Source: the human T2T-CHM13v2.0 reference genome, Homo sapiens. From it: DNA of 64,000 nucleotides. Below, in pieces: positions 45,944-61,487 of this stretch. The notes beneath the pieces are model-generated. The model saw only the letters and a list, made by a program, of their open reading frames with translations, ran no database searches and was not told the origin of the DNA. The stretch is taken from NCBI RefSeq assembly GCF_009914755.1, contig NC_060940.1. One strand, written 5' to 3'. Each line of letters opens with the position of its first letter. The first letter of the stretch is position 1. Position numbers and translations under genes: made by a program.

Positions 45944-46311
45944 AAAGCCTTCAGCAGTTTTGCCCCTCAGCTCAGCAATCCCCATGGAGAAGAGCTTCTT
46001 CCTATAGATAAATTATGGCATAGAGGGTCGTTGGAACAGCTGGGGTCATATGACCATCCTTGAATCAATCACTGTGTCTGCAGATGGTGGTGAAATTCTC
46101 TGATCGGTCAGGATTAGATCATGTTCTGGAGCCAGCTGGGGGTGTCAACACTTCAAAACTACATGGAGTGTGAGTGGGGGACGAGTCCTTCCCTGAAGGA
46201 AAGTAAAGGTGCTATTACTAGAAGACTGAGGAATGGATGCAAATGCAATTGAGGTCTTCTACATAGACCTTCCCTAGATATAACCTTCCAAGCTAGGTCC
46301 CATTTCTCTCC

Positions 46312-47020
46312 TTTTAAAATTTTTTTTATTTTTAGTTTTTGTGGGCACCTAGTAGATATATAGAGCTACCACATGCTTCAACAATCCCATTACTGGGTAT
46401 ATACCCCAAAGAAAGGAAATCAGTATATCAAAGAGAGATCTGTACTCCTGTTTGTTGCAGCACTGTTCACAATAGCCAGATTTGGAAGCAACCTAAGTGT
46501 CCATCAGTTGATGAATGGATAAAGAAAATGTGGTACACATACACAATGGAGTACTATTCAGCCATAAAAAGAATGAGATCTTGGCTGAACACGGTGGCTT
46601 ACGCCTGTAATCCCAGCATTTTGGGAGGCCAAGGCAGATGGATCACTTGAACTCAGGAGTTTGAGACTGGCCTGGGCAACACAGCAAAACCTCGTCTCTA
46701 CAAAAAAATACAAAAAATTAACTGGACGTGGTGGCACACGCTTGTGGTCCGAGCCTACTCGGGAGGCTAAGGAGGGAGGATCACTTGGGCCAGGAGGTCA
46801 AAGCTGCAGTGAGCCGAGATTGTGCCACTGCACTCCAGCCTGGGCGACAGAATGAGACCCTGTCTAAACAAACAAACAAAATGAATGAGATTCTGTTATT
46901 TGCAACAACATGGATGGAACTAGAGATCATTACATTAAGTGAAATAAACCAGGCACAGAAAGGCAGACATAATGTGTTCTCACTTAATTGTGGGATCTGA
47001 AAATAAAAACAATTGAACCC
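46312..47020 (-). mobile_element. L1MA-type insertion with large 5' inversion
   Basis: About 45 bp of antisense terminus (46315-46360), then sense L1 (46361-47020); imperfect TSD cccatYtctct. Confidence 0.75.
46582..46880 (+). mobile_element. AluJ
   Basis: Full dimer inside the L1; TSD gaatgagat. Confidence 0.92.
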
Positions 47021-47099
47021 ATCTCTCTTGTCGACCTCTCACCCTCCAGAATTAGATAGATCCACATCCATCTCGTCACTTTTGTGATTTATGACAACA

Positions 47100-47355
47100 T
47101 AATGTAGTAGAAAGACAAAGGCTGGGAGCCAGAGGCCTAGAGGGTCAAATCTCAGCTCTGCTTCTTCCTTACCTCCTGACCCTAGGCAATTTATTCAAGC
47201 TCTCTAAGGATCAGTTTCCGCATCTGTGAACGGAGGATAATTATAGGACCTACTTCATGATGCTGCTGTGAGGACTGAATGAGATCATTCATATCCAGTG
47301 TTTAGCATAGTGCCTGGTACACAGTAAGCACTTGATCAATGTCGTTTATAATTAC
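47100..47355 (+). mobile_element. MIR SINE
   Basis: tcaaatctcagctctgc...tcagtttccgcatctgtgaa...tttagcatagtgcctggtacacagtaagcac. Confidence 0.8.
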
Positions 47356-47409
47356 TGTTTTTAGAATTTTGAATGACTTTTAAAAATGGAGTATTTATCT
47401 ATAGCCAGG

Positions 47410-47855
47410 TGTAGCAGGTGTATTGGCGCCATGTCCACATCTCCTTGGTACCTCCATTCTTATAGGCACTGATGGAATCCTATTGCAAGAACCCCCCACT
47501 CAGACTGTCTGGGGGCTTTCTCTGACATGCTGCTCTCCTGTAGGTGAGGTGAAGTGCTTCTAGAAGTGCTGGAGAGTCGATGCTCCTGGGAGCAGCCCCC
47601 AGCCAATGGTAGCCACCCAGCTTTCTCATTCCTTGGGTGAGTCCACTCTAAGGTACATTCAACAGCATTCCCAGGGGTTTCTCATAGGATTGAGCCCAGT
47701 TGCCCACTGCAGTAACATGCCCATTAATGCTAGATTGGCTTGCTTCCCTTCCCTGTCTAACTTCCCCGTTCCCCTTTTTGAGATCACCTTCCAAGAACCT
47801 GTCTGTACTCAAAAATGATTTCAGAGCCTGCTTCTTAGGGAACTCAACCTGAGAT
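47410..47855 (+). mobile_element. ERVL solo LTR, LTR16-like
   Basis: tgtagcaggtgtattggcgcc...gagcccagttgcccactgcagtaac...ctgcttcttagggaactcaacctgagat. Confidence 0.65.
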
Positions 47856-48987
47856 CCGGACCACATCAGTGAGTTGAAACATCATGTTTTTCTGCTCTTG
47901 ACTAGAATTACAGCAACATTGTATAGTGTCACAGTGTAGTACAGTTACCTCTTGTAGACCACAGGCACTAACGGGCAGCTCTTTAAGGCTTTGATGAATA
48001 AAATATGGTAGGAAAAAATTAACTATTCTTTAATAAATGCAGCTTTCTGGGCAGTCAAATTCTACAAAAGCATTTATAGGAGAGGAACGCAATGGGGAAA
48101 ATGAATCCCAAGGACCCCTTCATGGCCAAAACGTGTGCGTCACTGACAGGGGAGTTCTAAGTATTGGTTGAGTGATTGATTATCCTGGCTTCTAGCACAG
48201 GGCTGTTACTCAGTGTCAGATTAATGAGCTGTGGATTTGTGTGTATCCAAGTGACTGCAGAACTGCAAGGCTTAGAAGCCTGAGCCCATATCTTCCAGCC
48301 GTTTATATGTCTCTGTTGTGTTGATGGTGAGGGGGCTGCTGTAAGTAAACAATGGCCAAACCAGGTCCCGCGGGGCACTGTGATTACCATGGGTCTTACT
48401 CTAGGTATATTGGGAAATTACTGGGGATCCACAGTCCCAGATTTTAACCCCTCTTCTGCCTCTGCCTTCCTGTGTGACCTTGATGAATCCCTTGTTTTCT
48501 CTGGCCCTTGGTTTCCTCCTCTGTCCACTGGAATAGGTTGGATGAAGAAACCCCAGTTATTCATGCTTTGGGAACTGAACGAGCTCTGTTGCCTTGACAA
48601 TAGTGTATTCAGCCATTGCACCCTCTCCATGGGGTGGGTAAGTAGCAAATGGATAATGTTTCATTTTACAGATGGGATGCCTGAGGTAGAGTGGCCAGTA
48701 TGATACAGGCACCAACCAGTAACTGTGCAAAGGCTTATATTTCAGTGCAAGATCTTATGTAATTCCTGAGACTTAACAAGTAGGCAGCCAAGGGTAAGGC
48801 AATTTATACACATATCACAGGAAACACTGGAGTTCAGATGGAGCATGCCAGTATGAAAAGCATGTGAGCACTAGAGTCTGACAGATGTGGGTTTGAATTT
48901 TAGGTCTGCCTCTCTGAGCCTCAATGTCTTCTTTTTACGGCCTAAAAAATAATATCTATATCACGAGGTTAAGGCTAGGCTCATATG

Positions 48988-49873
48988 AGACAGTTCTGTT
49001 ACAGTACTTGTTCTGAAAACATGAATTTGCACAAGTGAGATTGATATATCAGGAAACAATTTGAGCATAATGTGAATTTCACATTTGTTCATGTGAAATT
49101 TCCTCAGTGAGAAACAATAGGCAAATGCAGAAAACTGCACTCAAATAAACTGAGCCACATAGGAATACATAAAATACACACACCTCAAACATCTGCCAGC
49201 TACCTGAGTTGTGAGCCATGCCCACCCACATCTGGTGTTGCAACTGTCTATCCAACTTTCAACTTTTTTTTTTTTCAAATTTTACTTTAAGTTCTGGGAT
49301 ACATGTGCAGAACATGCAGGTTTGTTACATAGGTATACGTGTGCCATGGTTGTTTGCTGTACCTATCAACCTGTCATTTAGGTTTTAAGCCCCGCGTGCA
49401 TTAGGTACTTGTCCTAATGCTTTCCCTCCTCTTGCCCCCACCCCCAAGAGAGGCTCTGGTATGTGATGTTTCCCTCACTGTGTCAGTGCATTCTCATGGT
49501 TCAATTCCCACTTATGAGTGAGAACATGAGGTGTTTGGTTTTCTGTTCCTGTGTCAGTTTGCTGAGAATGATGGTTTCCAGCATCATCCATGTCCCTGAA
49601 AAGGACACGAACTCTTCTTTCTTAGGGCTGCATAGTATTCCATGGTGTATATGTGCCACATTTTCTTTATCCAGGAACCAACCCAAATGCCCAACTTTCA
49701 ACATTTTTATGTGAGGTTCCTGTCTTTAAAAAAATGTGTCACTGATGAAGTTTTTGAATGGTGTGCCCCTAACCTCATTTCCCCATAAACTCTGTAGTTT
49801 TTATTGCATGATTTTGTATAATGCAGTAATTTTTAGAAATGTGTATGTTGTACTATAGCAGCAGAACTGACTG
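48988..49873 (+). mobile_element. Tigger-type DNA transposon relic (Tigger13a-like), interrupted by an L1
   Basis: Inverted termini cagttctg / cagaactgactg; internal aacaatttgagcataa...gcagaaaactgcac. Confidence 0.6.
49264..49692 (-). mobile_element. L1PA 3' fragment with ~20-nt 5' inversion
   Basis: TSD ccaactttcaac (49252-49263, 49691-49702); 49674-49693 is sense L1. Confidence 0.9.
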
Positions 49874-51122
49874 TGTAATGAAGTAAAGTGCCTTGTACAG
49901 TGCCTAGTACAGAGTAAATATTAGACTGTTCTCATCTACTTCTTTCTATTACACTTTCTATTATATCTTATGGAATAGAAAGCAGAAAGGTCCTGAATTA
50001 TGACTCTTGATTGTTGCAAGAGAAGGTACTCAAGCTTCATAGCTGGAAGTCGATAGAGATCTCTCACAGACAGGAGTGCAACTGAATTCAGGGAAGTCAT
50101 AGTTTTGACCTTTGTGAGAAACAGAAAACCCAATTCATAATAGCTAAGACAAAAAGCTTGTAATTGCAAAGTTCCCTAGAGTCAGAGCGAGATCAAGGAA
50201 CTCAAACCATGAGATGTTACCAGGACTTAGTTTCCATTTGTCAGACCTGCCTTCTGCTGTGTTGGCCTCATTTTCAGGCAGGCTTTCTTCGCATGGTGAC
50301 CAGATGGTGGCCAGAATTTCCTGGTTCGCAACCATACAGCTTCAAGTCTAGTAGAAAAGATAGGGTGCTTTTTTCTTCTAGTCACATCTGCCTAAATCCT
50401 GGGATTAGCCGGCTCTAACTGCATTATGTTCTTATTTCTGAAATCATCATGCAGTGCCCATATTTGGTTAGGCTTGGGTGACATACCCTCCCCTACAATT
50501 AGGGTGAAAATGGACTGATGACCTGGACTGAAGGGAGGCGGGAAGGTGGTTCTCCAAAGGAAGTTCAAAGTATTGATAACTGAACAAGGAAGAATGAATA
50601 CTGGACAGGCAAAACCAACACACTTCCACTATAAGAACCAAAACCAGGGATTTGGAAGCCATTTAGATTCTATTTCCTACTCTGTGCTTCATTTCTTTCT
50701 TTTTCAGAAGCCTTTCTTTTTCTGCTTCTCTAATCCACATGATCTTCATAATCATAGTAGTAGCTGCCAAGTCCAAACTTCCCAGAAAGGATTGAATATT
50801 ACAACTTTAAATTCAAAAGAAAGGGTTCTGACCCAGCTTGGATTAGGGGTCCACTTGCATTCAAATCAAGAGACTCAGGCATGGGGGATGGTGGTGTACT
50901 ATTGTATCAATAAACTGCCAGGAGCTCACTGTTATGTCCTTGGGTTGGGAGACCAATAGGAATGGTTGTTGTGAGTTGGCCACACTACCCAGTAGATGTC
51001 CATAATAAGGAAGTTCTTCCCAACTTGCTCCAATAGGCCTCCATTATTTTCAGGATCCAAGTCCAAGATGGTTCAGCCCATGATTGGAAAAATGAAAGAA
51101 GCTTATTAAGATACCTCCATGT

Positions 51123-51495
<373 letters not shown>

Positions 51496-52310
51496 TCATT
51501 TAGTAGGATAGAGGGAAAGATTCAGGAATGGCATTGGTGGGGGTAGGGGTGATGAGCACCATTAGCATCTCCTTGGGAATGACCCAATTTCTCAGCTTCT
51601 GTTTCACCTCCTGGCCCAGCTAGACTTGCTAATGAGCAGTGATGCCAACTCACACCTTATGAAAGTCAGGTCATTGGGATGTTCTTTCTTCTGAGATCAG
51701 GGAGAATTGGAACATAGATATTTGGCCTTAGTCCAGAAGAAGCAACATCTTATTGAGGGCAGGAAGAAAGTTAAGTTTATTTTTGGGGGGCCACTTGGAG
51801 ATTGCTTTGTATAGCACACTGTAATGATAGACCCAATTCTTCAGACCTCCCTCCATGCATACTCTTTTCCATGTGACTTTGCAGTTTCCATCACAAGAGA
51901 CATGGAGTCTCTTTCCCTACCTCTTGAATTTGGTCTAGCCTTGTGATTTGTTTTGGCCAATAGAATATGGTAGGAGTGACTATGTGCCAATTCTGAGCCT
52001 ATAGCTGAAGAACGCTTGTGTGTTTCTTCTTGCTGTTTTGTACCTCTGCCATTGCCAAGACTACTCTGATGAAGGAGGAGAGACATGTGAAACAGACCCA
52101 GGTCATTCCCTTCTCCCATCCAAGATCGTCCTACATTAGTCAACAGCCAGCCAGTACTAGACATGTGAATGAGCTAAGCTGAGACTGAAAGATCTGCCCA
52201 GCTGATCCTAGACTAAATAACCAATTACAGATTTGGGAGCTAATAAAATGCTTTTTTTAAAAGAAAAAAAAGCTATTGTGTTTTGGAGGGTGGTTTTAAC
52301 ATCAACATTA

Positions 52311-53910
<1,600 letters not shown>

Positions 53911-54038
53911 AGACCTAAAATTATGTTTTCTGAAAATTACATGGTTATGAATTTCTGGAGAATGATATATGGGTTGACAGAATCAGCTTCTTGAAGTTCA
54001 GAGGAGGAAAAAAAAAAAGCTCCCACAGCAAAAGGCAA

Positions 54039-54059
54039 TTCAGGACCACGGACAGCACC
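54039..54059 (+). promoter_or_regulatory. RE1/NRSE (REST-binding) motif
   Basis: TTCAGGACCACGGACAGCACC vs consensus TTCAGCACCACGGACAGCGCC: 19/21 with canonical spacing. Confidence 0.7.
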
Positions 54060-54317
54060 CCCAGTACTAAATGAGGTAAAGTAGTTAGCACAAATCTGGC
54101 AACAGTAAGCGCTCACTCAAATGCAGCTCAAAAAACCCTTTAATAAATGCCTACTACGTGCCAAATATCACGTAAAGCCCTATTTATATGAATTATTTCA
54201 TTTTAGTCTCACCAACCACTTGTAAATTAAAGACTATTATTATCCTTACTTTGCAGTTGAGAAATCAGGCATTGTTCTCAATGTAATTTTGTAAGTAAAA
54301 GGAAAGCAGGGAATGAT

Positions 54318-54367
54318 CACACACACACACACACACACACACCACACCACACACACACACACACACA

Positions 54368-54418
<51 letters not shown>
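54318..54418. repeat. Interrupted (CA)n microsatellite, ~100 bp
   Basis: Three CA blocks separated by CCACACC and GA interruptions. Confidence 0.95.
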
Positions 54419-54420
<2 letters not shown>

Positions 54421-55254
54421 TTGGTCCCAGATTCTGAAAGCGGAAAGGACATTCTTGCCTTTCTTGTGTAATGGTGTTTTGCTCCCAGGGCGTTTGAAGG
54501 CAGAATTGGTCGGCAGGCAAGCGGGTGTAAGTGCCAATGTGTGGAAGAATTACAGGTACATTTTCCCAAGCCTCTGGCAGATTATTTTTTACGTACAAAA
54601 TTACTTGTCAGGAAGCTTTTTTTTTTCTCTCTCTCGGTTCTCATACTATAGAAACAAGTGTTACATAACATGCATATCAGCAGCGATGGTTTTGCACAGC
54701 ATCTAACCAAGGTTGGGGGAGGGGAGCAGCAGTGAGGGAGAGTGCAAGTTATAGCCAAAGACCCTCAATGTCTGAGGGTATGGACAGGATGGTGGATGAG
54801 AGAATGGGGGCAGAGATGAACTCTTCTTTGCAAGATTGGGCAAAATCCTAGCCTGGGAATCAAACCTGGGGCCCTTGCCTGCGAGTACCTCCTTCCACTC
54901 ACACTGTTATCACCATGGTTTAAACTCTCCTTTCTTTCCTGGAATAAGCAGCCCCCTAACTGGTCCTCCCACTTCCAGCCTTTTGTTTTTCAGTATTTTG
55001 ACCTTAGAACGTTATAGACATGTATATCTGATTCATTCACTACCTTCTCTCAAATGGGCTAAACATTCCCCCAAACTGAACTTCCTAATGTAAAGTTCTT
55101 TATAAGCATCAAGGGTCACTTAAAAATCAGAGCCCTGACTACTCCACCAGTTTCTTTCCTTGCTTTTGTCCAACCTTGATCCTAACCCTAATGCATTACT
55201 TGGGGATCCCTGAAAGCATCGTGCTATGCTGAACTTTGCCTATGTTCTGTTTAA

Positions 55255-55623
<369 letters not shown>

Positions 55624-56101
55624 TAGGATAACCTTACTGTGGCCCACAAGGTCCTGCACAATCTAGCCTCTTCTCTGGCTCCAGCCTCACCTTGTGCTAG
55701 TCCCTGCACCCCACTCTCCTTTGCTCTATTCCAACCTCTTGCTTCTTTGAGGTCCTCCAATGTGAGCCTTACTCCTTTCTGCCTCCTCAGGACTTTTGCA
55801 CGTACTGCTCCTACTGACTAGAACGCTTGCATCCTTCTCTGTAGTTGATCATCTCGCAGTTCATTCTTATATAACCTCCAGATTTCAGCTCAATCATTTC
55901 CCAGGGAAGCCTTCTCCGACCCTTAACATCACCCTGTATGTTTCTTTAAACACACATACCAACCATACAAAGTTATGTATTTACCAGTGTGATCGTTTGT
56001 TAATTCTCTTCCTCACTAGACCTTAAGCTCCACAGAGGCAAAGACTACATATCATGTCAATTTTGCCCACTACTGAATTACTAGTGTCTGACACATAGTA
56101 G

Positions 56102-56551
<450 letters not shown>

Positions 56552-57189
56552 TGAACTCTCAAAATTCTCAGGATAGGGATATTACACCAGCTTTCACATG
56601 AGGAATTTGAGGCTGAGAGAGGCTAAGTGACTTGTACAAGGTAATACAGATTAAAGAACCTCCACTTCCAGGTCTTTCCATGGTCTCATCCCCAGCTTCA
56701 TTATTTGCAAAAAGACATGCCTGCCCAATGTGTCAATGTCATGGGGTTTTTTTTTTTTTTTTTTTTGAAACTTATAGAGGAGGCTGTGAGATTAAGGAGG
56801 ATGACATATTGAGAGCCCAGAGAAACACAGAGTATAATATAAGCCCTTATTACATTACCCTCTGGAAGATGAATTGGAGCTGCCAAACATTTGCCTAAAT
56901 CAATAAACAGTGTGGCATTAACTAGTATGAGGTTTATTTTTCCTCTCCAAATGAGGAGTAGTTGGTGTACAGGGAATGCACAAACCCCACACACCTGTTC
57001 TTTGTCAAAGACTGCCAAGAGCAAAAGTTCCATCTAAAGAAAACAGAAAGGAAGGAACACGAGGGTTCTGAAGTCACTCAGACCCGGCTTCAGACCCAGG
57101 CCCTGACAGTTTACAGCTGTGTGACCTGGACTTCAGTTTCCTAATCTGAAAAATGGGGATGATAAGCCATTCTTCATCACCACAGTGGT

Positions 57190-57960
57190 GGCTGGCATGC
57201 TTGATTCCTCTCTCCCCTGAGTCCTGCCAACTCCACCCACTTAATATATCCACATTTCTTACACTTTCTGGCACCATCTTGGTCCAAGTCAAGGTCATTT
57301 CCTCTTGGTCCAAGTCAAGGCCTCCTCCCAGATTTCCCTGATTTCTCTCTTGCTCCTTTCTCCAGTCCATTCTCTACACGAGAGCCAGAATTGTCATTTA
57401 AAACCAAATCACATCATGTTACCACTCCACTCAAACCATCCACCTGCAAACTCCTCTCTGTGCCCTGAGAAGTGTGCTTGATCTGATCTCTGCTTCTTGC
57501 TCCTGCTCTTCTATCCCTCCTTTTGCCTTGACTACCCAGTTCCAGTCACATTGGTTGGCTTTCTATTCCTTAAACACATGGTGCTTCTCTCTACCCCAGG
57601 GCCTTTGCACTGGCTGTTACCACTGCTGGGTGTGTTATGCCCTCTGATGTTTGCATGACCCTCTTCTTGTAATTCAGATTTCAGCTCAAATGCCACTTCT
57701 ACAAATGGCCTCCTTTTCTAAAAAGCTTTCTGCCCTGCCAGTCTCTTTCTTTTGCATTTCTCTGTTTAATTTATTCTCATAGCATTGATTACATTCCAAA
57801 TGATCTCACTCATTTGCATGTTTTCATGTTTATGGCCTGACTTGCTTATTAGAATGTAAACTTCAAGAGAGCAGGGATCTCATCTACTTTTCCCCCTTGC
57901 TCTATCACCAGTGTTTAGTGCAGTGCTTAATGCATACAATGCCCCAGTAGAATTTTGAAA
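57190..57960 (+). mobile_element. L2 LINE 3' fragment
   Basis: cagtccattctctacac...cagggcctttgcactggctgtt...tagaatgtaaacttcaagagagcaggga. Confidence 0.75.
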
Positions 57961-58979
57961 TTGAAAAATATTGAAGAGTCATTTGGTAAAGAAAAGCTTC
58001 TTTTCTTTCTTCCTATCCTGCTAAGGTCTGAGGGCCCTTAGGTGTAGATTTTTGGTGCAAGTGAATAATACACCTGGTTTGTAGAGAGTTCTAAGAAAAC
58101 ATTGTTTGTTTTAAGTTGCCCTGTTGAGCTTTGCAAGCCTTTTTCTAGGACCAGCCTGACTTTGGTGGCTCTCAGAATGGAGAGCAAGTGTGGGGTCCTG
58201 AGTCTCACCCAAGTGACCCCCAACCTGGAAACGTGTGCTTCTGCTTCAGAGGGTTCCTGCAGTAGACACAAAGCCCTTCATCCATTCATTCATTTAACAA
58301 GTACTGTGTCGTTGGGGGCTGAGCCTTTGCAGATCCTGGGCTAAGTACCAGGGGTGCAGCACTGAACAAAATGCATGAACCTTCGCCTCCCAACATCTCA
58401 GAGCTGGATGTGTTGTGTTCAAAATGGTATTTTATCAGAGCAGCTTAATGGTCCACAGAAGGAGTGCAGGCCCCCACAAATAAATTTTGTTTCCTCAATG
58501 TTTTCTCTCTGGGAAAATGGAGACTGCTTACTTGAACAACCTGATCTCTCTTTGTGCCTTGGGCTCTAGTTTTCATAATGGCTGACCCAGGCTTAGGACT
58601 CCTGCTGTTGTCTCTACCCTGGGCTTGGCCTATCCCTGACTGTCTGCTCTGCCATTCATCAGGGCTTTGTAACAGCCTGCTTCTTCCTCCAGTGCAAACC
58701 TTTGTCCTCTCTTTGGCTGTTCTATTCCCTGTTGGAGCCACGTATCCCCTGATATGGCTTCTGTAGACTGCTTTCTATTCCTACCAGCCACTCAAGTTGG
58801 ACTTGCAAACAAGGGGCTATATGTAGCTACCCTCTGATTTATTTTGTGTTTTGAAATCCTGAGGAAGAGTTGATTTTAAGAAAGCATTCTGATCAAGTTT
58901 CAAAACCACTAATCTGATGAGCTGCATGCACAAATGAGCTCACCCTCCATTTAGCAAAATGCCAGAGCCGTGCCTGGGC

Positions 58980-59140
58980 CAGCAGTTCTCAAACTGTAGG
59001 GTACATGAGGCTCACTGGGGAAGGCTGATAAAATACCAATTCCAGGACCTCACTGCCATGGATTCCAATTTAGTAGGTCTCTGGTGGGACTCAGGAATCT
59101 GCAATTCTAATAAACTCCCTGGGGATTCTGATGTAGCTCC
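58980..59140. mobile_element. MER5-family element
   Basis: cagttctcaaact...tttagtaggtctctggtgggactcaggaatctgcaattctaataaactccctggggattctgatg. Confidence 0.7.
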
Positions 59141-60202
59141 AGGGGTAATAAGAAGAATATTTAGCACATATGAGTACCATCGAATCATCAAAGTCTTGGG
59201 GCTCCCCCTCTCCCTCTTGCCTAATACCCGGCTTTGACTTTTTGGTTTCTGGATTGTGAGAGGCAAAGGGGATTTTGAGGAGGGATTGTAGCAGCTGGCT
59301 AATCAGGGGGATATTTAGTGTTCTCAGGGCAGTGGCAATTACCAACAACTATGGAGGCAGTTCTGTATTGTAATAACTGGGATTATTGCCAAGCTGTTCC
59401 CTGATCTGTTGGGTAGACAGTCTGCAAAACACAGTGGCCACAAGGACACTGGGAATCTTGCACTGGTCGCTACCTTTACCTCAGCCAGGAACTGTGTGTT
59501 CATGTTGATTAGCTTCCAGAAGGCACTCGTTACCTGCCCCTCAGTAAAAGACTGAAACCATGCTTGTGGCTTCTTTCTGCTCATTGACAGAATTTGTACC
59601 TTCAGGAGCTAGTGTGTAGGATTATTGGCCAATTTGCTTGGCTGCAATGAATGGAAAATGCAGTAGCATTGGATGGGACAAAATATAGCTGACCCAGGCT
59701 TCCCAAACAGAGACACTCTTTGTAAGTATTTTACCAGGCTCTCAACAAATGAATGCCTCAGTTGTTCTCATCAAAGTCTTCCCAAGCCAAGAACAGTTGG
59801 TTTCCTCTGAATTGAGTGTCTAATTTTTTAATAGAAGTGATCTCAAGAGTGCCCCCTTTGTGATGATTTTCTGGTCCTTTGGTGTCTAGAATGTTTGTGG
59901 GTACTAAAATGAAGTTTTGTATTTCAGATAAGAGTCTGAGGGAAATGATTGCCCTAATTAAGATATGTGCCCTTCCCCCTATTCTCTAGTCACACCATCT
60001 TTTTAAGTTTCCTTTTTAGCTCTATCACTGGCAAAAACTATCTTATTTGTTTACTTGTTTATTGTCGGTCTCCTCCCACTAAAGTTACATAAGAGCAGAA
60101 ACCTTTTCCTTGGCTGCCACTGTATCACTAATGCCTAGAAGCATCCCTGGCACACGGTAGAGGCTCAAAGAATATTTATAGAATAAACTAATTCAAGGGG
60201 CA

Positions 60203-60670
60203 TATTAGTTAAGGTAATGCTGGCTTCTAGAACAGATAAACCCTGGAGTTTCAGGGGCTTAATACTAAAGAAATGAATTTTGCATTCACATAAAGTTCAA
60301 TTCGGGGTGCCTGGACAGCAGTTGGAGGGTAGAGGTAGACATGGGATGCTCTGCTCCATGCAGTCACTCAAGGACCCAGGATGATGGAGGAACTTCCAAC
60401 TTTATCATGTGGCTTTCAACATTGACCTGAGTGTCAACATCTAACCAGTAAGTGGTGGGGGGAATGGTGAGGTCAGAGGAGTGGCATATCCCGTGGGAGG
60501 TCTCAACAGGCCTGTCCCGGAAGTGGATATATCAGTTCCATCCATATTCTGCTGGGCAGAACTCAGTCATATGGCCACACCTAACTGCAAGGGAGTCTGG
60601 GAAATATTGTCTAGCTGAACACCCAGGAGGAAAGAGAAACGGGCTTAGTAAACAGCTAGCTACTTCCCAC
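60203..60670 (-). mobile_element. Old MLT1 (K/L-like) LTR
   Basis: tattagttaagg...ctccatgcagtcactcaaggacccagg...gaactcagtcatatggccacacctaactgcaagggagtctgggaaat. Confidence 0.7.
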
Positions 60671-60735
60671 CACGGGAGGGTATTTGTGGTTTCTCTATGA
60701 TTCCTGAATTGGATTTTTAAATTCTCCTGTTTCTA

Positions 60736-60835
60736 TCAGGTTGGTGCAAAAGTAATTGCAGTTTTTGCCATGACATTTAATGCAAAACACGTTATATTAA
60801 TTGCAAAAACCACAATTACTTTTGCACTAACCTAA
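60736..60835. mobile_element. MADE1 (Hsmar1-derived MITE), 100 bp with enlarged centre
   Basis: TIRs tcaggttggtgcaaaagtaattgcagtttttgc / gcaaaaaccacaattacttttgcactaacctaa; TA at 60734-35 and 60836-37. Confidence 0.92.
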
Positions 60836-61487
60836 TATGAAGACCCAAAGTTGTCATCTCTACTCCTGCGGTGGGAACTCCTTAACCTCCCACAGCTTGA
60901 ACTCACTGTCCTGATATCCTCAGAGCTGCATCCCTCCTTGATCTGATGCTCAGTAGTCCAGAGCCATGCACTTTACACTTCAGGTCTTCTGCTGTTCTCT
61001 TTGCCTAGAATGCCTTAATAGCTTAGATTTATTGACATTTTACTGACTGATCCTTCAGAGCTCAGCCTGAAATTCCTCTCTCCTGGATATCCCCTGCCAT
61101 CTCTCCCAGTGGATCTATTCGTTGTCCTTCTGGGGTCCTGTAACCATGGCTCACTTCTCTGCTTCACTTTATTATGCTTCTCCTTGTCCTTACTTGATTA
61201 TCTATATTGCTTCATCCTAGGCTGGAATAATATTTTATTTCTCTTTGTATCACTTTCCAGAACTTAGCCTGGCCAAAGAAACTTAGCCTGTTTGTGGTCC
61301 CCCAGTTAGAAAAGAAGCCTCTGGCTAGAGTTTGAAACTGGCTTATGGGATTTTGAAGACTCAACCTGTGGTCTGTTTCATGAGGTCAAATCTGAAAATC
61401 CTCTAGGGAAGGGGTCCTAAAGGAGGTCTAATTGGGTTCCCCCATTTCAGACACGCAAATGTAGAATCCACGTGGCACTTACAGATA

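Noticed and set aside
57277-57320. Short direct repeats (tcttggtccaagtcaagg x2; aacttagcctg x2 near 61261)
   Set aside because: Only two units each; ordinary slippage duplications, not an array or CRISPR-like structure.
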